Origin: a virus
Virus record (IMG/VR): IMGVR_UViG_3300030114_000522
Length of the DNA stretch: 64,000 nt
Strand: one strand, 5' to 3'
Numbering within the stretch: the first letter of the stretch is position 1; every line of letters begins with the position of its first letter. Position numbers and translations under genes: made by a program. Positions 32,408 through 42,845 of the stretch are shown here, in pieces. Below the pieces are notes generated by a model, which worked only from the letters and a program-made list of their open reading frames with translations, had not been told where the DNA came from and searched no databases.

Positions 32408-33367
32408 ATGGCAAAATTAAAAGTAAATAATTTGTTAGATAAATATAAGCTTAATCAAAAGGATTTATCTATAAGTACTGGAATAAATAAAAATACCGTT
32501 AGTAAATATTGTTCAAATACTTTTGAAAAAATAGATAAAGTTCATATTGATATGCTATGTAAATATTTTAAATGTACCCCTAATGATATATTTGAAATAG
32601 ATGATACCGTTAAAATTAAACCTGCACAAATAATATATTATGATGATAAAACTGATACTTTCACTTATAGTGAAATTACACCTTTAGCAGAAGTTCAATC
32701 ATCTAAAAAACAAATAGTCATAAGGGATGATGTAGATGAAAATACTATATGGACTAATAACTTTAATGAATTTTTAAAATATGCAAAAGAAAAGGGCGTA
32801 GATATAACTCCAATAGAAAACTCAGCAAAACTTAAACAAAAAGAATTTCAAAGTTATATTGAAGCAGAAAAAATAAATGAACCTTTATCACAAGAATATC
32901 TTACCGATGAACCATATTATACAGAAGAATTCGAAGACCCTATTAAGTCTTTGACTAAAGAAGAGCGTGAGGAATATACAAAAATAGTAAATGGATATCA
33001 AATTAGGTTTGATTCTGAATTAGAAACCGATAAATTAGTTTCAAAATTTATAGATAAACTAATAGAATTTTTTACATCTTCTTTTCAATTAGATACATCT
33101 ATTAAACAAGTTCTTACAAAATATGAAGGTCATGATTATTTTACAACTAATATAAAAGTTGATAAATTCTATCAAATTTTATATCGTTTTTTCACTTACT
33201 ATCCTGACGATAAAGGATTTGTAAAAACCTTAGTCAACATTAGATATATTTATAGCAATGGTGGTCTTGATAAATTATCCGATGAAGAACTAAATGATAT
33301 TCAAAGAACTCTTAACCACTATCTTAAAAATGACTTAAATATAAATACTGATAAAAACAAAGACTAG
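32408..33367 (+). CDS. Xre/Cro-type HTH regulator with long C-terminal domain
   Basis: LNQKDLSISTGINKNTVSKY...IDMLCKYFKCTPNDIF. Confidence 0.85.
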   Translation: MAKLKVNNLLDKYKLNQKDLSISTGINKNTVSKYCSNTFEKIDKVHIDMLCKYFKCTPNDIFEIDDTVKIKPAQIIYYDDKTDTFTYSEITPLAEVQSSKKQIVIRDDVDENTIWTNNFNEFLKYAKEKGVDITPIENSAKLKQKEFQSYIEAEKINEPLSQEYLTDEPYYTEEFEDPIKSLTKEEREEYTKIVNGYQIRFDSELETDKLVSKFIDKLIEFFTSSFQLDTSIKQVLTKYEGHDYFTTNIKVDKFYQILYRFFTYYPDDKGFVKTLVNIRYIYSNGGLDKLSDEELNDIQRTLNHYLKNDLNINTDKNKD

Positions 33368-33391
33368 ATATTTAATTTATTATCTAGTCTT
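33360..33391. terminator. hairpin terminator between convergent genes
   Basis: AAGACTAGATA-loop-TATCTAGTCTT. Confidence 0.7.
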
Positions 33392-33430
33392 ACATATTTC
33401 ACTCAGTTTAAATTTCTTATTTCATTAATA

Positions 33431-33874
33431 TTAACTAATATCAAATCCCTTTGATTTCAACATACCTAAAATTTCATTAATCGCTCTACCACTTGCTACA
33501 TATTCTTCTTGTATATTTCCTATAGCATCATATTCAATTCCTCCACGAGAATATCCTTCTCCATTCGCAAATGCTTCGGCAATTTCAGATAGTGTTCTGC
33601 TTTCTCCAACCCAATTTGATTGGCTATGCATCTCATCAGAAATATAAATTTCTATATAATATTCTCCACCTTTATTCTGAACTGGTTTTATAATAGCTGA
33701 ATTTAATAATTCCTGCGTACGGTTGTAAACCGAAGGTGTATAAGAATTGTAAATATTTGTCAATATATATAGCCTTATTGCTTGTTGAATTTTAATTGCT
33801 TCTTGTTCTAGCGATTGAATTACTTGTTTTTCTAAATTTGCATAAAATGCTTCTATTGAATTAAAATCTGCCAT
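33431..33874 (-). CDS. HK97-gp10-like tail completion protein
   Basis: Y.P..Y.RT..LLNS motif; position in tail module. Confidence 0.6.
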   Translation of the reverse strand: MADFNSIEAFYANLEKQVIQSLEQEAIKIQQAIRLYILTNIYNSYTPSVYNRTQELLNSAIIKPVQNKGGEYYIEIYISDEMHSQSNWVGESRTLSEIAEAFANGEGYSRGGIEYDAIGNIQEEYVASGRAINEILGMLKSKGFDIS

Positions 33875-33992
33875 TATATATATTCTCTCCTTATTGGTTT
33901 TATTTTAACTTATTCTCAGTTTAAATACTCAAGAATGGACACCAAGATAGATGTCCATATGTTCAATATTTAATTATTATTTTAATTTGTTA

Positions 33993-35087
33993 TTATGCTA
34001 CAACTATTCCTGTAACAATGTTTGAGTCACCTGCATGGATTCCACCCACAACATTTAATTTAAAGTCATAAGTTCCACTAGCTAAATTTATAATTTGTTT
34101 AGCTACATCTGTAGTGCTAATTGCAGTTGCTATTCTAGTACTTGTTCCTGTAGTTGCTACTGGACAATCTATCCAAACAGTATCAGATGTTAACTTATAT
34201 TTAGCAGTAATACTAGTTGCGTCACTAGAAACTGAGAATGTTAAATCAGCTTTTCCAGCAACAGTACTTGTAGCTGTTAAATTACTAATTGGTGCTAAAA
34301 CTGGGTCAAAAATAGAATCATAATCTTCTATTAACATATAGCCCATATTGTCTTCATCATCTGGTTTAATAATTGTATATTCTAAAGCTGTATTTGAAGC
34401 GTCAACTTCAGATTTTGTTGCCATTGTAAATTTACCTGTTGGTAAAGCTTTAGGAAATACCATTTTTAAAGTTTCTTTCTTCTTTGTTCCAGTATCTAAT
34501 AAGAAAGTTTCGCAAACTAGTCTAACTCCTGATGGATAACTCTCAGCATCAATATTAATTGTTCTAGCATTAGCAGATGTCTTATAATCATAAGATTCTA
34601 CGACTACAACTTCATTTAACTTAACTCCTGCTGTTAATATTGTGATAGTTCTGTTATCTGAGCCAATAGTATAACCTGTTGTCAATGCTAAATCTATTCC
34701 TTTATAAGACAACTTTAAATTAGCAGGTGTTAATGGAACTTTAGGTAATATTATTGTGGCTGTTGCTCCATCTATAGCTATTTTTAATTTATTTCTTGTA
34801 GTATAACCTACATTTTCACCAGTAACTATTGAAGTTCCTAATTGAGTTGCAATATTTTCTATATCCATAACTGGATTTGCAGTTTTTACAGTAACTTTTC
34901 TACCACTTGAAAGTACACATATTACAGGATTTCCTTGTCCTCCTCTAACTTCTTTTGTTGTGACATCAAATTCTAAATCAGCAGTTGTTAAATCTTCTTC
35001 TGTCATAAGATGTAAACCAGTCTCATTATCAAAAACATGGACATTCATTACGTCAGCTAATATTCTTTTTCCAAATTGTATTGCCAT
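33993..35087 (-). CDS. major tail protein with C-terminal FN3/Ig-like domain
   Basis: EVRGGQGNP, IDAESYP, FPKA motifs of SPbeta-like tail tubes. Confidence 0.8.
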   Translation of the reverse strand: MAIQFGKRILADVMNVHVFDNETGLHLMTEEDLTTADLEFDVTTKEVRGGQGNPVICVLSSGRKVTVKTANPVMDIENIATQLGTSIVTGENVGYTTRNKLKIAIDGATATIILPKVPLTPANLKLSYKGIDLALTTGYTIGSDNRTITILTAGVKLNEVVVVESYDYKTSANARTINIDAESYPSGVRLVCETFLLDTGTKKKETLKMVFPKALPTGKFTMATKSEVDASNTALEYTIIKPDDEDNMGYMLIEDYDSIFDPVLAPISNLTATSTVAGKADLTFSVSSDATSITAKYKLTSDTVWIDCPVATTGTSTRIATAISTTDVAKQIINLASGTYDFKLNVVGGIHAGDSNIVTGIVVA

Positions 35088-35131
35088 AATTTATATCATT
35101 CCTTTCTTTTTTAATTAATTTTATATATAAC

Positions 35132-35163
35132 AAAAAAGCTACTTAAATTAATAAGTGGCTTTT
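35132..35163 (-). terminator. intrinsic terminator
   Basis: AGCCACTTA/TAAGTAGCT stem followed by T6 on the minus strand. Confidence 0.7.
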
Positions 35164-35167
35164 AAAA

Positions 35168-36007
35168 TTATTCTAATGCTTGCATATTTTTTATTATTGT
35201 ATCATCTGCATCTTTCCACAAACTATCTTCTGGATTCTTATATAATTCTGGGAATATTGAATCAGTATAATTGATTTTAGGTAATGATTTAGCACCTTTT
35301 TCATCGCATACTTTTCTCCAAGCATTAACATCTTCTACTGCTCTATTTTTAATAATCCTATGATAATCTGATTCTAATTGTAATAAATTATAGTTATCTC
35401 TTATGTAATCATAATTTATTTGCTTATCACAACTTACTATATTTATTTTTTCCCATTCACCAAAGTTCTTATTTTGTTTTGCTCTTGCTTTCTTTGCTTT
35501 CTCAGCCCAAAAAGCCACATCATCATCTTCATATATAGTAGGTTCAAACATTAAATTTTGTTTTAAAATTATATGTCTAATCTTGTTAAAATTCCAATCA
35601 GTTATAATAGGTATTCCATTTTCATTTACAAAAAGATATCTTTGTTCTTCTTGATTAAAAGCTACTTGTAAAACTTGTCCTCTTGTTATTATGCTAAATA
35701 ATTTAATAAAATCCTTACTTGCTAAATCAAAAAACTTATCAATTGCTTCTTTTCCATCAGGATATTTATTATTATTAAGTGAACCCATATGATTAGTTAA
35801 TGCGGTTAGCAATATTGACTGCTCATCTTCATCTACTTTATAATGTTCTGCTGATAATACTATAAAATTTGCGTATTTATAAAACTCTTTTCTATCTTTA
35901 ATTTTAATAGGATATAATAACAAATTATCTTCAAAAACACAAGGTTTATCTAATAATATATCATCAATATCATAATCTTTATAAATATTCACGACTATCA
36001 ACTCCAT
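35168..36007 (-). CDS. SPbeta-like tail-region protein (chaperone-like)
   Basis: LYPIKIKD...F..IR.IILKQN; synteny. Confidence 0.55.
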   Translation of the reverse strand: MELIVVNIYKDYDIDDILLDKPCVFEDNLLLYPIKIKDRKEFYKYANFIVLSAEHYKVDEDEQSILLTALTNHMGSLNNNKYPDGKEAIDKFFDLASKDFIKLFSIITRGQVLQVAFNQEEQRYLFVNENGIPIITDWNFNKIRHIILKQNLMFEPTIYEDDDVAFWAEKAKKARAKQNKNFGEWEKINIVSCDKQINYDYIRDNYNLLQLESDYHRIIKNRAVEDVNAWRKVCDEKGAKSLPKINYTDSIFPELYKNPEDSLWKDADDTIIKNMQALE

Positions 36008-36572
36008 AATGTTTTTTTAAATAATTAACATTGTCCAATAAATCACTTGCTAATGACCTACTGGTATATAGTAGCAAGTTTCCAACATTTTCCTCATTTA
36101 ATGCAATATCTGTATATGATTTTCTACTTACATTTCCTACATCAGTGATTCTAGCAAATTTTAATTCATTATCAATAAGATTAGCTATGCTAGAACTTCT
36201 ATCTCTTCCATTTGCTAATTCTTGAATATTAGTACCTTTACATAAAATACGTATAGAAATAAATACGTCGTCTAATAAATCACTATTTCCAACTTTAGCA
36301 CTAGTAAAAGTAACTAAAACTACTGGTATTTCAGATGATATTACTTGGTCATATTTTCTTCTAAATAAAAATACACCATGTAAATTATCTATATCATCTT
36401 TATCTTGTATTTTATCACCATCAAAGATACTATATGGATTCTCAGGCATATCTTTTTCTAAAGGCGATGAGTAAGGGTAGTAAATTAGCTTAAATAGATT
36501 TTCATTAGAAATTATAAATTTTTTTATAAATGATTTAAAGACTTGAAAATTATCTAATTCTGCATTATCCAT
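35979..36572 (-). CDS. putative tail terminator
   Basis: L.KLIYY....PL...R...I...ID..L pattern; synteny. Confidence 0.55.
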   Translation of the reverse strand: MDNAELDNFQVFKSFIKKFIISNENLFKLIYYPYSSPLEKDMPENPYSIFDGDKIQDKDDIDNLHGVFLFRRKYDQVISSEIPVVLVTFTSAKVGNSDLLDDVFISIRILCKGTNIQELANGRDRSSSIANLIDNELKFARITDVGNVSRKSYTDIALNEENVGNLLLYTSRSLASDLLDNVNYLKKHYGVDSREYL

Positions 36573-36575
36573 ACC

Positions 36576-38057
36576 CTAAACACCTCCTAATAATTTAATA
36601 TCTTGTGATAAAATTACTCTTTTATTTACATCTAGACTATCCTTAACAGTCAAACTAACACTTGATATAGTTGTAGATTTATTTCTAATTTGAATACTAG
36701 CATCTGATTTAACAGTTATTGCCAATAGTCCTTTATCAATTAATGCTTGTCCATTAGCATCAAATGAATATTCAATCTTTAATGAAGAATCTATAACTCC
36801 ATTAATAGTTTTAGTACAAACTAAGGTACTAGCTGAATTGTAATTTAGATTTAATCCATTACTCCAACTGTTATTATATGAAACCACATTTTGACTTGTT
36901 TTAGCAATTACAGTTAAGTTTAATTCAGAACTAACATTACCAATAGTTGCAGTTATTATAGCATTACCTATTTTTATAGCACTTACAATTCCTTTATCAG
37001 ATACAGTAACAATAGTTTCATCACTACTTGAATATGTAATATTAGGATTAGTAATTATAACTCCATTGTCTTTAACGGTTGTAGAAATTTGATATGTACC
37101 AGTTTCTTGTAATGATTCTGTATTAGAATTTAACATAATACTATAAGCATGTTTGCCATTTGCAATTTCCAATTCTACATCGTCTATTTCTGGATTTATA
37201 TTATCTTCACCTAATAATATAGTTATCAAACCTTTATCTACGGTATAATCAGTTTTAGTAGCTTTCCATGCTTGTCCATTGATTATAAATCTTTGTCCTC
37301 GATATATTTTTTTTGTAGAATTAGTAAATGGAACTTTTACTCTGAGCATATCATCTCCCTCAGTAATTCCTGCAACTTCTGATTTGAGTCCTAGTGTAAA
37401 TCTTGGGTTATTAACTACTACACTTAGCATGGAATAAAGTTCTCCATCAACTATGTATTTTAATATATGATTACATTCAGTAGAATCTGCAAAGGGCAAA
37501 TCTGTAAAATTCTGTACATCTGTAACAAGATAAGTTTTATCGCAATAACCATAATAAATATAATCTCCACGTTCAACAGTAATTACTTTAGGTGAATAAT
37601 ATATTTTCTTTTCTTTAACTATTGCATCATTATCAATTACTTTTGTGTCTATTGAAATATCATTGATACCATATCTTTTCAAAACTCCTGAATAAAATAA
37701 TGGACTTATCTTAAATTTATCATGACTTGGTATAGCTAAATATTCTTTATCTTCAACTACCCAGTATTGAGTTAAATCTTTTGCAAATTCTAGTGAAATA
37801 ATAGAAAGTAATTCAATATTAGAATTAGGCAATGTAGTTATCCACTTTTCATCACCATTTTTGTCGTTATTATTTGAAACGTCCAATAAAACGCATTCTC
37901 CATTAATATTATTATTGTATTTATCTTTATATTTTGTTTTGTTCAATGCATTATCAAAATATAATTGATAATCACTTAAATATTGACCATAAATATCATC
38001 TGTACTATTTGTGCTTGAACTTAAATTCCTTTTTCTTAATTTATTTATACTAGTCAT
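36576..38057 (-). CDS. head-closure/neck protein with Ig-like (Big_2) domain
   Basis: ECNHILK, GQRFIING.AWK, YSSSDETIVTVSDKGIVSAIKIGNAIITAT. Confidence 0.7.
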   Translation of the reverse strand: MTSINKLRKRNLSSSTNSTDDIYGQYLSDYQLYFDNALNKTKYKDKYNNNINGECVLLDVSNNNDKNGDEKWITTLPNSNIELLSIISLEFAKDLTQYWVVEDKEYLAIPSHDKFKISPLFYSGVLKRYGINDISIDTKVIDNDAIVKEKKIYYSPKVITVERGDYIYYGYCDKTYLVTDVQNFTDLPFADSTECNHILKYIVDGELYSMLSVVVNNPRFTLGLKSEVAGITEGDDMLRVKVPFTNSTKKIYRGQRFIINGQAWKATKTDYTVDKGLITILLGEDNINPEIDDVELEIANGKHAYSIMLNSNTESLQETGTYQISTTVKDNGVIITNPNITYSSSDETIVTVSDKGIVSAIKIGNAIITATIGNVSSELNLTVIAKTSQNVVSYNNSWSNGLNLNYNSASTLVCTKTINGVIDSSLKIEYSFDANGQALIDKGLLAITVKSDASIQIRNKSTTISSVSLTVKDSLDVNKRVILSQDIKLLGGV

Positions 38058-38068
38058 AATCGCACCTA

Positions 38069-38722
38069 CTACATAAAATCTTCAACAGTAGATGTTTGAT
38101 TATTATAAGCTATAATATAATTTGTTAAATCATTTTTAACACTTGTTTTAAGTGCTAATAAATCATTGCCTAAATTTCCACGTACCACTTTATAATCTTT
38201 ATCCCCTAGTTGTTTAATTAATTTGTCTTCTTCTTGAATTTTTCCACACAAATGATGATAATATGATGCTGATGCTATTATGTATTTTTCTCTATGATTT
38301 AAATTTTCCTTAAATTCACCTTCAAACACAAATAGTACTACAACTTTATCATTAGCTTTGAAATTATAATTTACTATACCAGTATTTATTAAATCTTCTA
38401 CTGTATATTTAAAATCATTTATCTCTATATCATTTACATATAATATAATTTCATGTTTTACTATATCTAACATATTAGATAAATCAATTATTAAACTATT
38501 TCTATCTTTGCTAATTATAAAATCAACTTCTGTTTGTGTATAAGGTATATTATCTTCTAAATTTTTTCTGCATGAGGCAAAGTCTACTGTTGCTCCAGTT
38601 AATATCATATCACTTATCATATCTAATGCTATATCAGTATCTATTTTCCCTGATTTATATAAATCTGATTGCCTCATTTCCAATTGCATAAGTTTTGATA
38701 TTTCTGAAAAAGGTGTTGCCAT
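38069..38722 (-). CDS. head-tail adaptor
   Basis: MATPFSEI N-terminus and F...L...E..IIA; position after capsid genes. Confidence 0.6.
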   Translation of the reverse strand: MATPFSEISKLMQLEMRQSDLYKSGKIDTDIALDMISDMILTGATVDFASCRKNLEDNIPYTQTEVDFIISKDRNSLIIDLSNMLDIVKHEIILYVNDIEINDFKYTVEDLINTGIVNYNFKANDKVVVLFVFEGEFKENLNHREKYIIASASYYHHLCGKIQEEDKLIKQLGDKDYKVVRGNLGNDLLALKTSVKNDLTNYIIAYNNQTSTVEDFM

Positions 38723-38739
38723 TTTAAATCACCTTCCTT

Positions 38740-39441
38740 TTAATTAAATAATTTATAATTTTCAATTGCTTCTTTAAACATGTCTTGATTATTTGTAAGA
38801 GTTTCTAGGTATGTCATTTTAGCATAATCAGTAAACTCATTTTTTTTTGCTAATTCTATAGCCCTATCTAGTATTAAACTTTTGTATGCTTTATTTGATT
38901 CTTTTATTAGTGCCTCAAATGTATCATATTTGACTTCTTTTAACATAAAATCTATATTGCCATCTATTAACATTTCTTCACTATATAATTTTTCAATTTT
39001 TAATATTTTAAGAATATCTTCTAAAGTATACTCATCTGAATTTACGTCTATTGGAATTAAAATATAGTCTTCTAACATTCCTATATGCAATGATTTCATA
39101 GCCTTTAATTCTTTATAAGTCATATATTCAACATCTCCATAAACCATTTCATAATGTTGCATGGTTTTAGGACAATCATATGTTACAGTTGTATTTCCTG
39201 CATTACAATACATTAATATAGGTAAGTCATCTTTTATATTTCTTAACATTTCCATTTCTCTTTTTCTTTGTTGACTTCTTTGTTCTAATTCACTTAATTG
39301 TTCTGCTTTAAGTTTTTCTTCTTTTTCTGCCATTATTTCAGTCAAATCTCTTTTAGGTTTTGCATTTATAGTTTTAGTTTTAGTAGTAGTTTTTATTTCC
39401 TTTTCATCTATATTATCATTTTTAATATTTTTTGTTGTCAT
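38740..39441 (-). CDS. hypothetical head-region protein
   Basis: GDVEYMTYKEL..M motif; directly after the major capsid gene. Confidence 0.6.
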   Translation of the reverse strand: MTTKNIKNDNIDEKEIKTTTKTKTINAKPKRDLTEIMAEKEEKLKAEQLSELEQRSQQRKREMEMLRNIKDDLPILMYCNAGNTTVTYDCPKTMQHYEMVYGDVEYMTYKELKAMKSLHIGMLEDYILIPIDVNSDEYTLEDILKILKIEKLYSEEMLIDGNIDFMLKEVKYDTFEALIKESNKAYKSLILDRAIELAKKNEFTDYAKMTYLETLTNNQDMFKEAIENYKLFN

Positions 39442-39509
39442 ATTATTTCTCTCCTTTTAATTTGTTTAATTTATAATGAGAAGAGATTAACCCTTCTCAT
39501 TGTGTGATA

Positions 39510-40511
39510 TTATTGAAGTTTGTAAATACCAAAGTATCCAGAAATTAAGCAAACAACTCCTAATCTTTGTGTGAATAAGAATTCAATTTGTCTATCATTT
39601 CTATCACCAATATCTTGTGAATCACTTACTATAGGTGTTCCTTCATAAACTACATTGATTATTTCCATACCAGCAGGTAAGATAAACAATTCATTTCCAA
39701 ATGTAAGATTATCTGTACCTGGGTCTAATAATGTAGGTACTTCTACCATTGGAGTTCCTTTGTAGTTTTGGAAGTATCCCATTGAAGCATAATCTTCTCT
39801 TTGTTTCTCTGATGTATGTACAACAGTTGTTATAGAAGTTGTACCAGTAGAAAGCTTTCCTAGAGTTTCTTTAGTACCATATAAAGCACATTTTAAACCA
39901 GTTTTTGCTTCAACTCTAGCAATCATTCTATCTAAAGTTGTTTCATTCATTACACCTGTAACATTATAGTTAGCATTTGTAGCTGAATAAGAACCTAGTA
40001 ATGCGTTATAAATTTTTCTAGCAGTATCATTAGCAATTGAACGTCTAACTCTATCTATAAGAGTAGCCCAATTGATTCTACCAGCAATAAATCTATCAAA
40101 ATCATCATATAACTTAACAGCTATATTTCCACATTCAACTGTAATTTGTTTATTGAATATTCTTTGTCTTCTAATATCTGAGTTACCACTTGCAACAGTT
40201 GCTACTCTAAATAAGTTTTGGTCTTCAACAGTTATAATCTTTTTATCACCATATGGAATTGTTTCTGTTTTAACAACACCCTTAAACATTTCTCCCATGA
40301 TTTCTTGAGCTGGTAAAGTTAAAACTTCTGAAATTATTTGATAAAAATCCCATTTGTTTTTATTGAAATTATAGAAATTCCATTCTCCACCGATTGAACC
40401 AATCAAAGCAGTCTTTAAAGCATCCTCCCCTGAAACATTATTGTATATAACTGGTGCACCTAAATAAACGTCTTTTGATAATTTCATTAATTGTGTAATT
40501 GTATTAGCCAT
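39510..40511 (-). CDS. major capsid protein (SPbeta YonB-like); likely start 40511
   Basis: GN.DIRRQRI, RF.AGRINW, G....YKGTP, FGIYKL; GAGG RBS precedes ATG 40511. Confidence 0.88.
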   Translation of the reverse strand: MANTITQLMKLSKDVYLGAPVIYNNVSGEDALKTALIGSIGGEWNFYNFNKNKWDFYQIISEVLTLPAQEIMGEMFKGVVKTETIPYGDKKIITVEDQNLFRVATVASGNSDIRRQRIFNKQITVECGNIAVKLYDDFDRFIAGRINWATLIDRVRRSIANDTARKIYNALLGSYSATNANYNVTGVMNETTLDRMIARVEAKTGLKCALYGTKETLGKLSTGTTSITTVVHTSEKQREDYASMGYFQNYKGTPMVEVPTLLDPGTDNLTFGNELFILPAGMEIINVVYEGTPIVSDSQDIGDRNDRQIEFLFTQRLGVVCLISGYFGIYKLQ

Positions 40512-40513
40512 TT

Positions 40514-41088
40514 TTAATTTCCTCGCTTTCATATTTTAATTTATTTTTTAGTTTTGTTTAATAATTTGTTTAGTTAAAACTAAACTACTTTTAATACTAA
40601 TGCGTCTTGACCATAAAGAGTTTCTACAGCTCTAACTTCAAAGCATAAACTTCCTGATGCAGTAGCATTGATTTTTCCTAAGTATGAACCTACTACTGGA
40701 ATTACAAATTTTCCTACCATATCAGCAGAAACATTTGTAGCACTTGTGATACCATCAATAGTAGCTGTTATTGTAGAATCTTTTGGTAAATGATAACCTC
40801 TTATAATGTCTCCTGTTTTAAAAGTCATTGTAGTTTCATCTTCTGTTCCTGTTCTATTCATGAATTCTTCTACTAACATAACTATTGAACTAGTTACATC
40901 GGCAATTTTCACTCCATTTACAGTATTGTAAGCAGTTCCTGTTGTTCCTACTGATATTAAAGCACCGTTTGGTACTCCTGCTTCTGGTATTACTACACTT
41001 TCTAAATATGCGTTTTTTGATACTTTGTCTAATTGAATTAACATAATTAATTTCCTCGCTTTCATATTTTAATTTATTTTTTAGTTTT
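40514..41088. repeat. perfect 42-bp direct repeat forming the leaders of two capsid genes
   Basis: 40514-40555 is identical to 41047-41088. Confidence 0.95.
40580..41044 (-). CDS. capsid decoration/minor head protein (YonC-like); likely start 41044
   Basis: NG.L..VG and G...RGY.L patterns; lies between protease and MCP. Confidence 0.65.
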   Translation of the reverse strand: MLIQLDKVSKNAYLESVVIPEAGVPNGALISVGTTGTAYNTVNGVKIADVTSSIVMLVEEFMNRTGTEDETTMTFKTGDIIRGYHLPKDSTITATIDGITSATNVSADMVGKFVIPVVGSYLGKINATASGSLCFEVRAVETLYGQDALVLKVV

Positions 41089-41140
41089 AATATAAAAAGC
41101 CCAAATATAAATATTTAGACTTAGTTTTTAATTTAATTTA

Positions 41141-42826
41141 TTAATTAGGTGAAAATAAATTCTCGCATCCTTCATAAGGACATTTATCTTGTTCTTGTAA
41201 TGACACGGTATAATTAGTAGCTACTTCTACTTTTTCTTTAGATACTTCACCTGTGATTTTACTAAAGTTCATTTTTCCTAACTCAGCAAATAACTTGTCT
41301 TCTAATTGTTCTTTTGAAATTTCCTTAGAATAAGCCTTTTGTTTGTATTTTTCTAAGTCTAGTTCATTTATCTTAGAGAATCTAGCAATTACTCCATCTA
41401 TCTCTGTTTTTCTTTCATTATCTTTTATATCTAATTGGAACTTCAATAATTCTGCATTCGCAATACTATATTCTTGTATTTTAATTTGTGCTTCTTCTAA
41501 ATCTTTTTGTAATTTAGAATATGTAACACTTTCAATAGCATCTTTAGTTGCTTGGTCTACAAATACATTAAATATTTCTTCTCTTTCACCTGTAAAAGCA
41601 ATAGATGTATCATTTTTAACATAAGATTGTTTATAGAATTGACCACTACAATAATCTGCATATACAAAATAACTATCCTTTGTTTCTATAATTCCATAAC
41701 AAGTATTTTCAATATTTTCCATATCGTATAATTTGTCATAGATTTGACTTCTAATATCTTCAAATGATAAAGAGAAGGTTAATGTATATTGTTTCTTACC
41801 ATCTTCCTTAGACATATTTTTCGTGTCTTCTTTATCACCACAAGACATTTCTTCTTTAGATTTATCTTTAGCATAATCCTCATTTTCAGTATCTTCATCA
41901 ACCCCATTATCTATAGCGTCCTCTATTTCATCTAATACCTCAACGACATCTTCTATTGCTTGTACAACTTCTGAATCATCATCTTGATTGGTTACATCAA
42001 ATTCTTTAGCTTTAGAGTCAGATGCTATTTTAGAATTGTCTTTAGATACTTCTTTTGCAAAGTTTTCAGCAACTTGTGCTTCTACTTCAACGTTAGATTG
42101 TTCAATTGTTTCTTTTTTAGCCATTATTTCTATATCCTCCTTTTTGCTGAAATATTTAGTAAATTCATTTAATTTATTTTCTATTTCTTCTGCTACTGAT
42201 TTTGTATTTGTTGAAAAATTCATAGTTATATTTGAGTCGATTATTGCTGGTTGTATTCCTTTTCCAAGAATGCAACTACCTGCAAATCGAAATTTATCAA
42301 ATACAAAACCATCACTTTCAAAATGTCCTTCATAATTTTCATCAAGTTCCATGGATTGAGATTTATTTTCAGATTCTTTATTAAATATATCTAATACATA
42401 ATCAAATTTATTAAAAAGCAATCCTTTTACAAAAAGATATGTACGAACTATACCATCGGAGCATAATTCTTCTTTAAAATAAGCTTCATTAGCGAACGAT
42501 TCTGGAATTACTCCATAACAATTACCTAAGTATCTCATTACCTTTTTCCCATTTTGGTCAACTAAACCTATTCTATGGTCTGAAAAATCTTCTTCATCTT
42601 CTTTGTTATCTTCTATAAATCCAAGAATAGGAATATTGGCTAGAGATGGAATTGCTTCTTGTACAACTTCTTGTTTAAATATACTTCCATTATAATTTTT
42701 ACCAATACTTAATATCTTAATTAAAACTTCTGTAAATCTAGTGTCGGCAGAAATATCATTATATTCTTTTATTTTATTAAAAGTAACTTGTAAATTTTTT
42801 AATTGTTTATCATTTATTTTTGACAT
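41141..42826 (-). CDS. prohead protease/scaffold (YonD-like)
   Basis: N.NGS.F, PSLANIPILG, DF.DH, QSMEL, F.G.CILG..PA; acidic coiled-coil C-terminus. Confidence 0.85.
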   Translation of the reverse strand: MSKINDKQLKNLQVTFNKIKEYNDISADTRFTEVLIKILSIGKNYNGSIFKQEVVQEAIPSLANIPILGFIEDNKEDEEDFSDHRIGLVDQNGKKVMRYLGNCYGVIPESFANEAYFKEELCSDGIVRTYLFVKGLLFNKFDYVLDIFNKESENKSQSMELDENYEGHFESDGFVFDKFRFAGSCILGKGIQPAIIDSNITMNFSTNTKSVAEEIENKLNEFTKYFSKKEDIEIMAKKETIEQSNVEVEAQVAENFAKEVSKDNSKIASDSKAKEFDVTNQDDDSEVVQAIEDVVEVLDEIEDAIDNGVDEDTENEDYAKDKSKEEMSCGDKEDTKNMSKEDGKKQYTLTFSLSFEDIRSQIYDKLYDMENIENTCYGIIETKDSYFVYADYCSGQFYKQSYVKNDTSIAFTGEREEIFNVFVDQATKDAIESVTYSKLQKDLEEAQIKIQEYSIANAELLKFQLDIKDNERKTEIDGVIARFSKINELDLEKYKQKAYSKEISKEQLEDKLFAELGKMNFSKITGEVSKEKVEVATNYTVSLQEQDKCPYEGCENLFSPN

Positions 42827-42845
42827 TATATTTCACCTCCTTTCA

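Noticed and set aside
40512-41065. Shared MKARKL N-terminus on the capsid and decoration proteins as a targeting signal
   Set aside because: It is the translation of the duplicated leader; the GAGG RBS lies inside it and points to the downstream ATGs
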